A DNA stretch of 64,000 nt from Octopus vulgaris. Its lineage: Eukaryota. The notes under the pieces were generated by a model. It was not told where the DNA came from, did not search any database, and saw only the letters and a program-made list of their open reading frames with translations. Of this stretch, positions 40,968 to 51,740 are shown piece by piece. The stretch spans positions 69,688,001 through 69,752,000 of the forward strand of contig OX597823.1 of the NCBI GenBank assembly GCA_951406725.2, read 5' to 3'. Numbering within the stretch: the stretch's first letter is position 1; each line of letters begins with the position of its first letter. Both the position numbers and the translations under genes were made by a program.

Positions 40968-41424
40968 TTTTCAGAATGAGATTAAAAGACCCAGGGTGTG
41001 AAGATTTTAGAACATTTATAAATTGGTCATACAGCCGTTTCCAGGATATTTATTAAATCATTTCGTTGGAGACGGTGTGAGAAAATGGTTAAGCAATAAT
41101 CAATTTAGATAAGATACGAAATAGTGAGTGAAGTGGAGAAAATAGATGTGAGATATGCAAGTATATTGCATTTGTAGATCTATTATTTGGGCAAATAAAT
41201 AATGGATCTACAAATGCAATATCCCTGCATATATCACATCTATTTTCATTCCTCCACTTCACTCTCTATTTTGTATCTTATCTAAATAATTATTGCTTAA
41301 CCATTTTCTCACACCGTTTCCGATGAAAGGATATAATAAATATCTTGGAAACAGCTGTAAGACCTTCTATTTGTAAATTTTCTAAAATCTTCACAACCTT
41401 GTGTTTTTTTATCTCATTCTGAAA
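40968..41424. repeat. Fold-back inverted repeat, arms about 220 bp, abutting (TAGA)n
   Basis: TTTCAGAATGAGAT...GCATTTGTAGATCTATTATTTG is mirrored by AAATAATGGATCTACAAATGC...ATCTCATTCTGAAA. Confidence 0.92.
41316..41363 (+). ncRNA. Minimal type I hammerhead candidate (U4C core, palindromic stem III)
   Basis: GTTT-CCGATGA-A-AGGATAT-AATAA-ATATCTT-G-GAAA-CAGCTG-TA-AGAC; a decayed mirror copy lies in the left arm at about 41025-41075. Confidence 0.7.
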
Positions 41425-41578
41425 TAAATATATATAAATACACGCGCTGATATATGACCTACGTTGGAGTCCTTATTCGCATGATCACCGAACCTGGAGC
41501 TTAACTATGGCTATCCATAGCACTTACCCAGCATTACCTGACACCTTTGGATTTTCCGACACCATTTCCTCTCACAAC

Positions 41579-41656
<78 letters not shown>

Positions 41657-41661
<5 letters not shown>

Positions 41662-42789
41662 CAAGGAAAAATTGTAAAAAGGCAGAATGCTAAATTGAAA
41701 GAAAATTTTAATGAAAATGGGTGTATGGAAAAAGTTTTTGAAAAATTGATAACATATACATATATATATTAATTCAAACTGGTTTTCGTCATAATGTGAC
41801 TTTTTCAAGAATTGTAAAGAAAAGAATTTTTTTTTAATGTGAGGAGGGGGGAAAAAAAGAAAATTACATTGTTTTTGGCAAAAAAATAAAAATAAATATA
41901 TACAAAAATTAAAAAATAGGTACTCCGATACATTGTAAAGTCTTTGTGTATCTTGAGTTTAATGATTGTTCACGAAAAAATTACCTTGAAGTATTGACAT
42001 CCAATGGGATTAAATCCATCTGTTGTTTAATTTAATTAAGGTTGTCTCTTAAGTGGATGCAAAACAGAAAGTAGTAGTAGTAGTCCAGTTCCTGTGTTGT
42101 GAATAAGGGGAGATAACTCTTTTGGGTTTTTTAAGCTCTTCAATTTGTGTTTGTTCAATTTTTTGTAATAAAGGATGTTAATAAACCTTAAATTATAAAA
42201 TTATCATTTTAGCTTCATTTGCATTATCTTTTTTATATAATTGTTTGCTAACTTAACATTCAGATTTTAACACTTTATTTATATTATTTTCTAATTATAT
42301 AAATTTGCATAAACCAATTTATAATTACATTTCAGATTGTTATGTCATATATAATAAAAATGATAGTAATAATAACAACAATAATAATAATGATATTTAA
42401 AGAATATAAGTTTTAGCTTGAAGTGATGACTGCATGGTATCCTTATATATTTGTTTTAGTCCATCCAAGAAGTATGATCAACGAGGAGTTTGCATATTAA
42501 GATGCGTTTTGAATTTTTCAATAAAGAGATTCTCCTTGTTAATTCTCTCCTGTGTGGTGATCCCGTCTTTACATTGATAGAAGGGGAATGGGAATTTGGG
42601 ATTTTTCTCTTTAGCGCATGAGTCTATGTGGTCACTCTGTGGGATTTGCCGGTATTCCGGGAGATTTACTTTTTTCCATACACCCATTTTCATAAAAAGT
42701 TTCTTTCAATTTAGCAATCTGCCTTTTTACAATTTTTCTTTGCTTATCATTTCTCCACGTGCGATCAACACAACCCCACCATTTATTGA

Positions 42790-42792
<3 letters not shown>
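41657..42792 (-). mobile_element. Penelope-like element copy A: 5'-truncated, with an inverted copy of its 3' tail
   Basis: 41657-42669 is the reverse complement of about 46827-47826 (encodes [16 protein letters not shown]...[12 protein letters not shown]); 42669-42792 is a plus-strand copy of the terminal about 120 bp; (TA)n on both sides. Confidence 0.92.
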
Positions 42793-42827
<35 letters not shown>

Positions 42828-43166
42828 TATTATGATGAGGATTATGATGATGGTGATGATGAATGATTGTAGTCTTCCGAGTAATACGGTTCTGAGATTT
42901 CATGATGAACAGTGTGCACAAATATTTTGTTAACAGTGATGAAATGTTTGTGCTGTACATTAGCTGACTTCCTCCATCAATTTGACGTAGGCTGAACACA
43001 TGTACGACACACCAGATGCTGCTGTCATCGCTTAGTAGTGGGGGCTAAAGTGTTTTGCTCAAGAACACAGCGCACCACCCTAACACAAGGCCATGCAACC
43101 TCACACATACGCGCGCACACATACACACTCATATACACACTCATATATATATATATAAATATATAT

Positions 43167-43247
<81 letters not shown>

Positions 43248-43249
43248 AA

Positions 43250-44250
43250 TCTTTTCATTTGTCTTGCTCGCTTACGTTCTGGCATTTGCTAAATTTTGTT
43301 GAGAACATTCCTTTCTTAGTGGTAAGACCATAGCGGATCTTTTTCTAGCATAATGGATTTCCACTTACAGGGCATCCATTTTATATGAATGTAATACAAT
43401 TTTTCTTTTTTGAAACTTCAGATTTTTCAATATGCTAGACCACTGGTTTTAAATTGATATTAATCAAATTAATATCCAGTTTTTCACCCTTATTATAACA
43501 CATATATATAAATTACCTCAATTATTGAAACAGTGTATTTGGGATTTGTTGTATATAAATGTACACGTCTTATTTAGTCTCACTAAATGTATATTCCTCT
43601 TCTAATAGAGAAATGCGTAGTTTTGCTGATTTTTCTCCCCTAAACCTTTTTGGGATTTGTATTGTCACACGTCGGAAGAATCATAACAAATATATCTATA
43701 AATATATATCATATACAACGGCTGCTGTTTCTCTCTATTTCTCATTTCTTTTTGAAGAAACACTAGTATCAGCAGAATAGTTTGCCATTTATGCATGAAA
43801 TATTGAAAACGTCTGCCTATTGTGCGTCTTTGCTAACGGTCAATATCTATTGGATTCATGTGAAGTGAACACCATCACACCCACGTTCAGTATTTTATGT
43901 TCAGAGCTTTCATCTCCTACAGTTTTCAGTTATGGTTTTGTTGATCAGTAATTTATCTTTACAGCCATATGCAGATCCTTTGCAAGTTTTCTTTCCGCTT
44001 TCCTGAAAATAAATTGTTTATTTTTCTAGATAATTATTATTTTATCTTTTCACTTACCACCAGTGGAAGTATCTTGCAGGAGTTCATGAGTTTCTGGAAA
44101 ATATTGGATTATATTCTAAATTATTTTTGCGTTTATGTGTGAATGTGCTGGTCTTGTATGGCCCTTTCTCATATTTTCTCTCGTTTACGGGGGACGGTAG
44201 GAATTTTACATTTCGAAACGTAACTTATTTTGCTGTCAGGCGATTAAAAA
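43250..44250 (-). mobile_element. R4/Dong-like LINE RT relic (third copy)
   Basis: CKGSAYGCKDKLLINKTITENCRR (cf. GC.RGSYGCKDQLLINK.ILENC) at about 43910-43985. Confidence 0.6.
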
Positions 44251-44663
44251 CAAACTGAAAATACAGAATCTACTGAGGTCTCGGTATAAGAAGGTTCCAG
44301 TGAAACTGATATGACGATTATTTGATTGCTAATTCTAGTATATCAACGACTGGGTAAAGGCATTTTTTTTATTTGGCCTTTTATTAACAATCTTGTTGTT
44401 GTTTAACCCAAGGTCAATCTAATCAAATAGACAAACGTATGATCAAAAACATTCGAAAGTTTTTACTCCATACTTCATGTGCATGTAGAAATACATTATT
44501 TAATGTATCCTCGCTTTTGTTCCTAAACTGTGGGGACTGATTTCAAGTGAAATTTTCTGCTGCTTGTAATAAACTGAAATGCCACTTAGTGACTCCTTTG
44601 CTTTGCTGGTTGGTGGACTTACTATTTGTCAAGACTGACGTTATTGTTTGTCTATAATAACAA

Positions 44664-44930
44664 AGGTGGAGGCACGTGGCTTAGTGGTTAGGGTGTCAGC
44701 ATCATGATCTTAAGATTGTAGTTTCGATTCCTGGACCGGGCGACGCGTTGTGTTCTTGAACAAACCACTTCATTTCGCGTTGCTCCAGTCCACTCAGCTT
44801 GCCAAAATGAGTAACGCTGCGATGGATTGGCGTCCCGTCCTGCTAGGAAACACATACGCCATTGAAACCGGGAAACCGGGCCCATGAGCCTGGCTAGGCT
44901 TTAAAAGGGCGCATTTATTTTTTATTTTAT
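44664..44930 (+). mobile_element. tRNA-derived SINE, family C
   Basis: A box GTGGCTTAGTGG, B box GTTTCGATTCC, a central CTGCGATGGATTGGCGTCCCGTCC (V-domain-like) and an (ATTT)n tail. Confidence 0.85.
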
Positions 44931-46068
44931 AATACCAAAGATGATGTTCCTATCTGGCCTCCGCCATGATGACTAAAACCAAATAAAGAACTTCACAACT
45001 AACGATTATAGTGTGATAATCTAAGTTATCCTTTTTCTAATAACGTTCTATGTAATGTTTACTGCACAAATACTAATATGAACGGCTCTCAGAAATCTAT
45101 CAATATTATTAAAAAGAAAATCGATAAATAAACGAAGTAAGGGAAGTAATTAAAGTAACCCAATTAGGTTGTTTAGGGTAAATAAGTTAAGGGGTGATAT
45201 ACTGAAAAACGCTCATGAACTAAAATTCCCTATTTAGCCAAAGAAAGGATACAAAAAGTCCAGCTGAAACTGTTAGCGAGTCACAGAAACGGAAGAGATT
45301 TCTTAGAAATTAAGAATCAGAGTCAAAGTTAATAGACGTACTTAGAGAAAGGTAAGTTTGATCTTTGCATGCAAGAGTCAATTATAGCTGTGATTCATGT
45401 TTATTATGATATAGAATATTTATTGTATAGACAGAATGACGCGAGTCTTAGTGGTCTATGTCAGTTCTCTCGACTCTGATAATATATTAACTATTGAAAA
45501 GCTGTTCATTTTTAATATTTCCTATTATTACATTTATCTAATTGTATTTTAGATTTACTTTGTAAGGTTCTTGTTTTGTTTTGTTTTTTATTCTATCCGT
45601 TGGATGCTGTATAATTGCTGCATATAACAATAATGAAATACAGCTTCATGTGCACTGCATTCTCCGTACTTCTTAGCTGTAGGTAGTAACCTGTTTTCTG
45701 TCATATATTTATTATATTTTCTGTTATATATATATATTATATTTATTTAAGCCCACAGTAGGACACCACTTTCAACAATCAGAGAATGGCAAATGTTTAA
45801 TAACTAGTTTTTATGTTTTAAATAATTTTTTCTTTCCTTTTCTTTTGCTTTAATTTTTTGTTTTTGTCAGTCGTTTTAATAACCGAATCGCAAAATTTAT
45901 TGCATTAAAACTGGTTTATCGGTAAACGTCGTTTGTTCTGACTTGAATATCATGTTAATGTGTCTATATTCTTTTCTATTTTTTCATTCATTTATTATAT
46001 AATATTCATATAGTCTATATCTTTAAACTTGCTTTTGTTCTAGTTCCTTCCCTTTCTACATCTTAACT

Positions 46069-46226
<158 letters not shown>

Positions 46227-46236
46227 ATATATATAT

Positions 46237-46282
<46 letters not shown>

Positions 46283-46284
<2 letters not shown>

Positions 46285-47020
46285 ACTATTACAACGCCAA
46301 TATCCCTCCACCCTTATAGAGTATGGAATAAAACGCGCAAAAGAACTGGACAACATTACACTGAAAACCACCCAACCCAACACCACACACAACCCCAAAA
46401 TACTTCCATACATTTCCAACCACAACCCCAAAAATACCGAAGCATACACCACAGTCATACAAAACCTCCTCAGTCTACTGTCAACAGACCCAAAAATGAA
46501 AAACATTATAAATACGCACAAAATCCTCAAATGTAAAAGGCAACACAAATCTTTAAAAAAATTCTTGACAAATGCCAAACTTCACACACTACATCCATCC
46601 CCAGCAGTTAAAAAATGTGCACGCCTAAACTGTGGCACCTGCCCCTTTCTACTTGAAGGCTCTGAATTTATCTTCAAAGAAGGAACGAAGTTTAAAATCA
46701 AGACCAACTTCTCCTGTTCCTCTGAGAACCTTATCTACGTTCTCACATGCGCTGGTTGCCAACATAATTATGTTGGACAAACGAGCCTCCCGTTACGTAA
46801 AAGAGTAGCGGTGCATAAAGAACAAATAAATCTCCCGGAATACCGGCAAATCCCACTGAGTGACCACATAGACTCATGCACTAAAGACAACAATCCCAAA
46901 TTCTACATATTCCCCTTCTACCAATGTAAAGACGGAATAACCACACAGGAGAGAATTAACAAGGAGAATCTCTTTATTGAAAAATTCAAAACGCATCTTA
47001 ATATGCAAACTCCTCGTTGA
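46283..47020 (+). CDS. C-terminal 245 codons of a Penelope-like ORF (RT thumb/linker plus GIY-YIG endonuclease); no native start codon
   Basis: Uninterrupted frame [22 protein letters not shown]...LPYISNHNP...[31 protein letters not shown]...[13 protein letters not shown]. Confidence 0.85.
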
Positions 47021-47676
47021 TCATACTTCTTGGATGGACTAACACAAATATATAAGGATACCATGCAGTCATCACCTCAAACTAAAACTTATATTCTTTA
47101 AATATCATTATTATTATTGTTGTTATTATTATTATTAGTTTTATTATATATGACATAACAATCTGAAATGTAATTATAAATTGGTTTATGCAAATTTATA
47201 TAATTAGAAAACAATATAAATAAAGTGTTAAAATCTGAATGTTAAGTTAGCAAACAATTATATAAAAAAGATAATGCAAATGAAGCTAAAATGATAATTT
47301 TATAATTTAAGGTTTATCAACACCCTTTATTACAAAAAACTGATAAACACAAATTGAAGAGCTTAAAACCCATAGAGTTGTCTCCCCTTATTCACAACAC
47401 AGGAACTGGACTACTACTACTTCCTGTTTTGCCATGCACTTAACAGACACACTTAATTTCAATTAAACAACACATGGATTTAATCCCATTGGATCTCAAT
47501 ACTTCAAGGTAATTTTTTCGTGAACAATCATTAAACTCAAGATACACAAAGACTTTACAATGTATCGGAGTACCTATTTTTTAATTTATATATATTTATT
47601 TTTATTTTTTGCAAAAAAACAATGTAATTTTCTTTTTTTCCCCCTCCTCACTTTTAAAAAAATTTGTTTTCTTTAC

Positions 47677-47718
47677 AATTCTTGAAAAGTCACATTATGA
47701 CGAAAACCGGTTTGAAGT
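47677..47718 (+). ncRNA. Minimal hammerhead candidate with U3-A8 core in the Penelope 3' repeat
   Basis: AATTC-TTGAAAA-GTCA-CATTA-TGAC-GAAA-ACCGGT-T-T-GAAGT; homologue at 41771-41813 (minus). Confidence 0.7.
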
Positions 47719-47874
47719 AACATATATATTTTATCAATTTTTCAAAAACTTTTCCATACACCCATTTTCATTAAAACTTTCTTTCAATTTAGCATTCTGT
47801 TTTTTTACAATCTTTCCTTGCTTATCATTTCTCCACGTGCGGTCAACACAACCCCACCATTTATTGATCTATAT

Positions 47875-47966
<92 letters not shown>

Positions 47967-47976
47967 ATATATATAT

Positions 47977-48066
<90 letters not shown>

Positions 48067-48239
48067 GTTTAAATATTTGTTGTGCAAGATTTTTAATTGA
48101 AGTCGTGTGTTGAAACAGATATTGTTATATTTCGGATGGTCATATTCCCAGTTTAGCCAATAAAAACACACGCACTATATATTTGATGTTATTTTGCTTT
48201 AGTGTTATTTATTTTTTACATTAATCTTAATCTTATTTC

Positions 48240-48283
48240 GGCCAGAGTTCTTTCGTCACACTCCTGTGACCGCATCAGTGGTC
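48240..48283 (-). ncRNA. Minimal hammerhead-like motif (A9C core)
   Basis: Reverse complement GACCA-CTGATGC-G-GTCAC-AGGAGT-GTGAC-GAAA-GAAC-TC-TGGCC. Confidence 0.6.
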
Positions 48284-48616
48284 CTTTGTTTTCTTCTTTC
48301 TTATTTGTGTCTCTCCTTACTAACCGTCAGCGATTTTGTATTTCTATTGTATGTCTTCATTTGCGCATGCTTATATCTCTATGTGCGTCTATGTTTATTT
48401 AGTGTGTGTATGTGGGGGGATGCCTGTAATATTTGTATCTTCTGTTTATATATGTTCATGTAATTTGTATTTTGTTTTTGTTGTTTTTGTTTATTCTAAT
48501 TTTGTTCATGTGTTTACATTCACTTATTATTATCATTACATATACTTGTATGTATGTATGTATGTATGTATAAAAACAATACTAGTAATAATAATAATAA
48601 ATCGAATCGAAAAAAA

Positions 48617-48639
<23 letters not shown>

Positions 48640-48650
<11 letters not shown>

Positions 48651-48865
48651 ATGAGTGTGTGTGTATGTATGTTTCTCTGTGTGTTTGTCCCCCCAACATC
48701 GCTTGACAACCGATATTGGTGTGTTTACGTACCCGTAACTTAGCAAAAGAGACTGATAGAATAAGTACTAGGCTTACAAAAAATAATTCCTGGGGTTGAT
48801 TTGCTCAACTAAAGGTGGTGCTCCAGCATGGCTGCAGTCAAATGAGTGAAACAAGTAAAAGAATA
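48640..48865 (+). mobile_element. SINE family B, 3' half
   Basis: GTGTTTGTCCCCCCAACATCGCTTGACAACCGA...GCTCCAGCATGGCTGCAGTCAAATGAGTGAAACAAGTAAAAGA. Confidence 0.88.
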
Positions 48866-49669
48866 ATATATAGTCAAAAAATGAGATCCAGAGATTCTCG
48901 GTATAGAAAACCCTTAGTAGCACTCAAATGATTCGAACTTAGTCTCTGCCGGGTAAGGAGTAGCTATAAAAGAAATCCAGGCGGGCACATATGGAAGCTA
49001 TTATGTGAATAAGCAAATTAAATATAACAAGTTAGGCTTGATATATAAAATGCATATTTATGTTGTATATCAAACCCAAGGTGTTATACCTAATTTATTT
49101 ATCTGCTTAATAGCCTACACACGCACGCGCATATTTATTGTATATCTAACCCATATATACATACATAAATATATATGAAATATGACTTCATATGCATTCT
49201 TCTCTTTCTTATGCTAACACTTTTTCTTCTCTGTAATATATATGATATATTCACACTAAACCTTTGCACCATTTATTATAACAAGTTCAGTTGGTTATCG
49301 TCATTCTCATAACGCTTTAAATCAACTGTATATAAAAATATGGTTCGATTTAGTATATTTGTCGATTTAGTATAGTTGTGCTAGCACGGCGTAAAGCGAC
49401 AACGAGAATGAATCTTGAAATATTTTTCTATTTGTAGTAAATTCATTTGTCTATCGAAGCATCTGTTTTGGACTTGTGTTCCAATTCTTCATCCTTCTTA
49501 TCTATGCGACTACCTTCGTCTTGCTTTCCGCTGCAAGGATCTGTGAAAATATGACATTTTGTAAAAAATTTGTTTTTGTTAGTCAAATAGCGCCATGCAT
49601 CAACACAAGACATTTAATAGTGCTCCACATGTATGGATTTTGAAGGCACTTCCCATTAATAAGGTAGGA

Positions 49670-51330
49670 TCTTAACGGCATTTAATCTGTGTATATGGTC
49701 CGAGTTCAAATTCCGCCACGATCGATTTTGTCTTTCGTCCTTTCGGGGTCAATAAAATTAGTCCAACTTCATTACTAGGGTCGATGTAATCGACTTACCC
49801 ACATTTCTCAAGCTGCCCTTGTAGCAAAAATTTGAAATGATAATGATAATGATAATGATTACTATTATTATTATTATTATTAAGTCCATGAGCTGGCAAA
49901 ATCTTTAGCACGCCGAAGAAAATGCTTAACAGCATTTCGTCCGTCTTTACGTTCTGAGTTCAAATTTCGCCGAGGTCAGCTTTGTGTTTCATACATTCGG
50001 GGTCGATAATGTAAGTGCCAGCTGAGCAGTGGGGTCGATGTAATCGACATATCCCTTCCATTGAAATTGCCGGCCTTGTGCCGGCAGAATCGTTCGCAAT
50101 CCCGTCAAAATACATAGTGACATTTCGACCGTTCTTGCGTCCTCTGTTCAAATTTCATTGAGGTCGATTTTGCCGTTTATCCTTTCAGGAATTTTGCAAT
50201 CAGTACCAGTTGAACACTGGTGTCAAAGTAATCCTCCAGTCTTCACCCCAACAATTTCAGGCCTTGTGCCTATAATAGAATGAATTAATATTATATATTA
50301 ATGCGGCGAGCTGCCAGAATCGTTAGCGCATCGGTCAAGGTACTTAGCTACATTTCTTCTGGATTGCTATGATCTGAGTTCAAATCCCGCCGATGTCAAC
50401 TTTGCCCTTCATCCTTTCGGGGTCGGAAAGCTAAAGTACCATTCATGTCCTAGTGTCAAAATATTCGACTTGCCTCTTTCCCTGAAATTGCGTGCCTTGC
50501 ACTAAATTCTAGGACTATTAAGACTGCGAGCAAGTAGAATCGTTGGCGCATCTGTTAAAACGTTTAACAGCATTCCTTCCGATTCTCTAGGTCCTGGTTT
50601 CAAATCCTGCTGAGGTCTGCTTTGCCCTTCATTTTTTCGGAACCCTTGAAATACAGAACCTGTTAAGTATTGGGGTCGATTACATCGACCCTTCACTCCA
50701 AATTTTAAGTCTTGTACCTATATCAGACAAAATAAGGTGGCGAGCTACAAGAAGCATTAATGTTTCAGGCATAATGCTTAGAGCTGGCTATTTACACCTT
50801 CAGCTCAAATGCTCCGCTTCCTCACGCTCTGAGTTCAAATGCCGCCACATCAACTTTGCATTTATGCTTTTGGGGTTGATAAAATAACAGTACTATGGAA
50901 GTAGTGGGGATGACATAATCATATAGTTCCCATCCCTCAAAATTTCAGGCCTTCTGCTCAAAATAAAATGAATTATTTTAAGGGGCGGTTGAATGGCAGA
51001 ATCGTTAGAGCGTCTAAAGAAATTCTTTGCCATATAGCTTCCAGCTCTTTATGGTGTGACCTCACATTCCACAGAGGTCAAGATTACCTTCTATTTCTCT
51101 CGTACCGAAAATATAACATACTAAATCACATACTTGGGTCGATGTAATCAATTAGTCTCCACTCCACCCCTCAGAATTGCTGGCCTTATACTTAAACTAG
51201 AAACAATTATTTTTTTAGTCTGAACAAGTTAAAGCAAGTGCATTACTTCATGTCGGTTTGCATTCTGAGTTCAAATCGTCCTGAGGCCCGGCTCTGATTT
51301 TCATTGTTCTGTAATTGAAGAAGACGTACC
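49670..51330 (+). mobile_element. Head-to-tail array of about 8 diverged family A SINEs
   Basis: Units of about 200-240 bp start at about 49670, 49885, 50082, 50303, 50523, 50736, 50983 and 51215; each has a B-box-like GAGTTCAAAT, and most end GGCCTTGTGCC..AGAA..ATT. Confidence 0.85.
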
Positions 51331-51548
51331 GTTTAAAGATTTAGGTTCATATAACCTTCAAAAATTAAAATATTTAATATTTGTAAAACATAAGTGAGCA
51401 GAGATATCTGGAGTTCCACATACTGCCTGAATTGGCAATTCTCTTCAGTATCTTTAGGGTAGTAGTTTAATTTTCCCATTGTGTGCTTGTCTTTCACTGT
51501 CAGCTATTTCTCCAACTAAACAACCAATCCCTCGAAAAATCAGCTTCA

Positions 51549-51740
51549 AGTGGAGGCGCAATGGCCCAGTGGTTAGGGCAGCGGATTACGGTCGAAAGAA
51601 TGCGGTTTCGATTCCCAGACTGGGCATTGTGAGTGTTTATTGAGCAAAAACACCTAAGCTCCACGAGGCTCCGGCGTGGGTGGTGGTGAACCCCGCTGTG
51701 CTCTTTCACCACAACTTTCTCGCACTCTTTCTTCCTACTT
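51549..51740 (+). mobile_element. tRNA-derived SINE, family D (related to family C)
   Basis: TGGAGGCGCAATGGCCCAGTGGTTAGGG (A box), GGTTTCGATTCCC (B box), TTGAGCAAAAACAC. Confidence 0.8.

Larger units (their letters stand above)
46281..47872 (+). mobile_element. Penelope-like retroelement copy B (Neptune-type), 5'-truncated, inserted in (TA)n
   Basis: Open frame with RT thumb-linker, Cys-rich [11 protein letters not shown] and a GIY-YIG domain, followed by a 3' region of about 850 bp; microsatellite flanks. Confidence 0.92.

Noticed and set aside
44664-44745. tRNA-like heads (also at 17697, 51549 and in SINE A/B)
   Set aside because: They have A/B boxes but no complete cloverleaf and continue into SINE bodies, so they are not tRNA genes.
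46496-47020. Host GIY-YIG nuclease gene
   Set aside because: The frame extends upstream without a start codon into an RT thumb-like region truncated at (TA)n, and a second truncated copy exists nearby; it is a retroelement fragment.
49670-51330. CRISPR-like periodic array
   Set aside because: Units are about 220-bp homologous SINEs without unique spacers; eukaryotic context and no cas genes.
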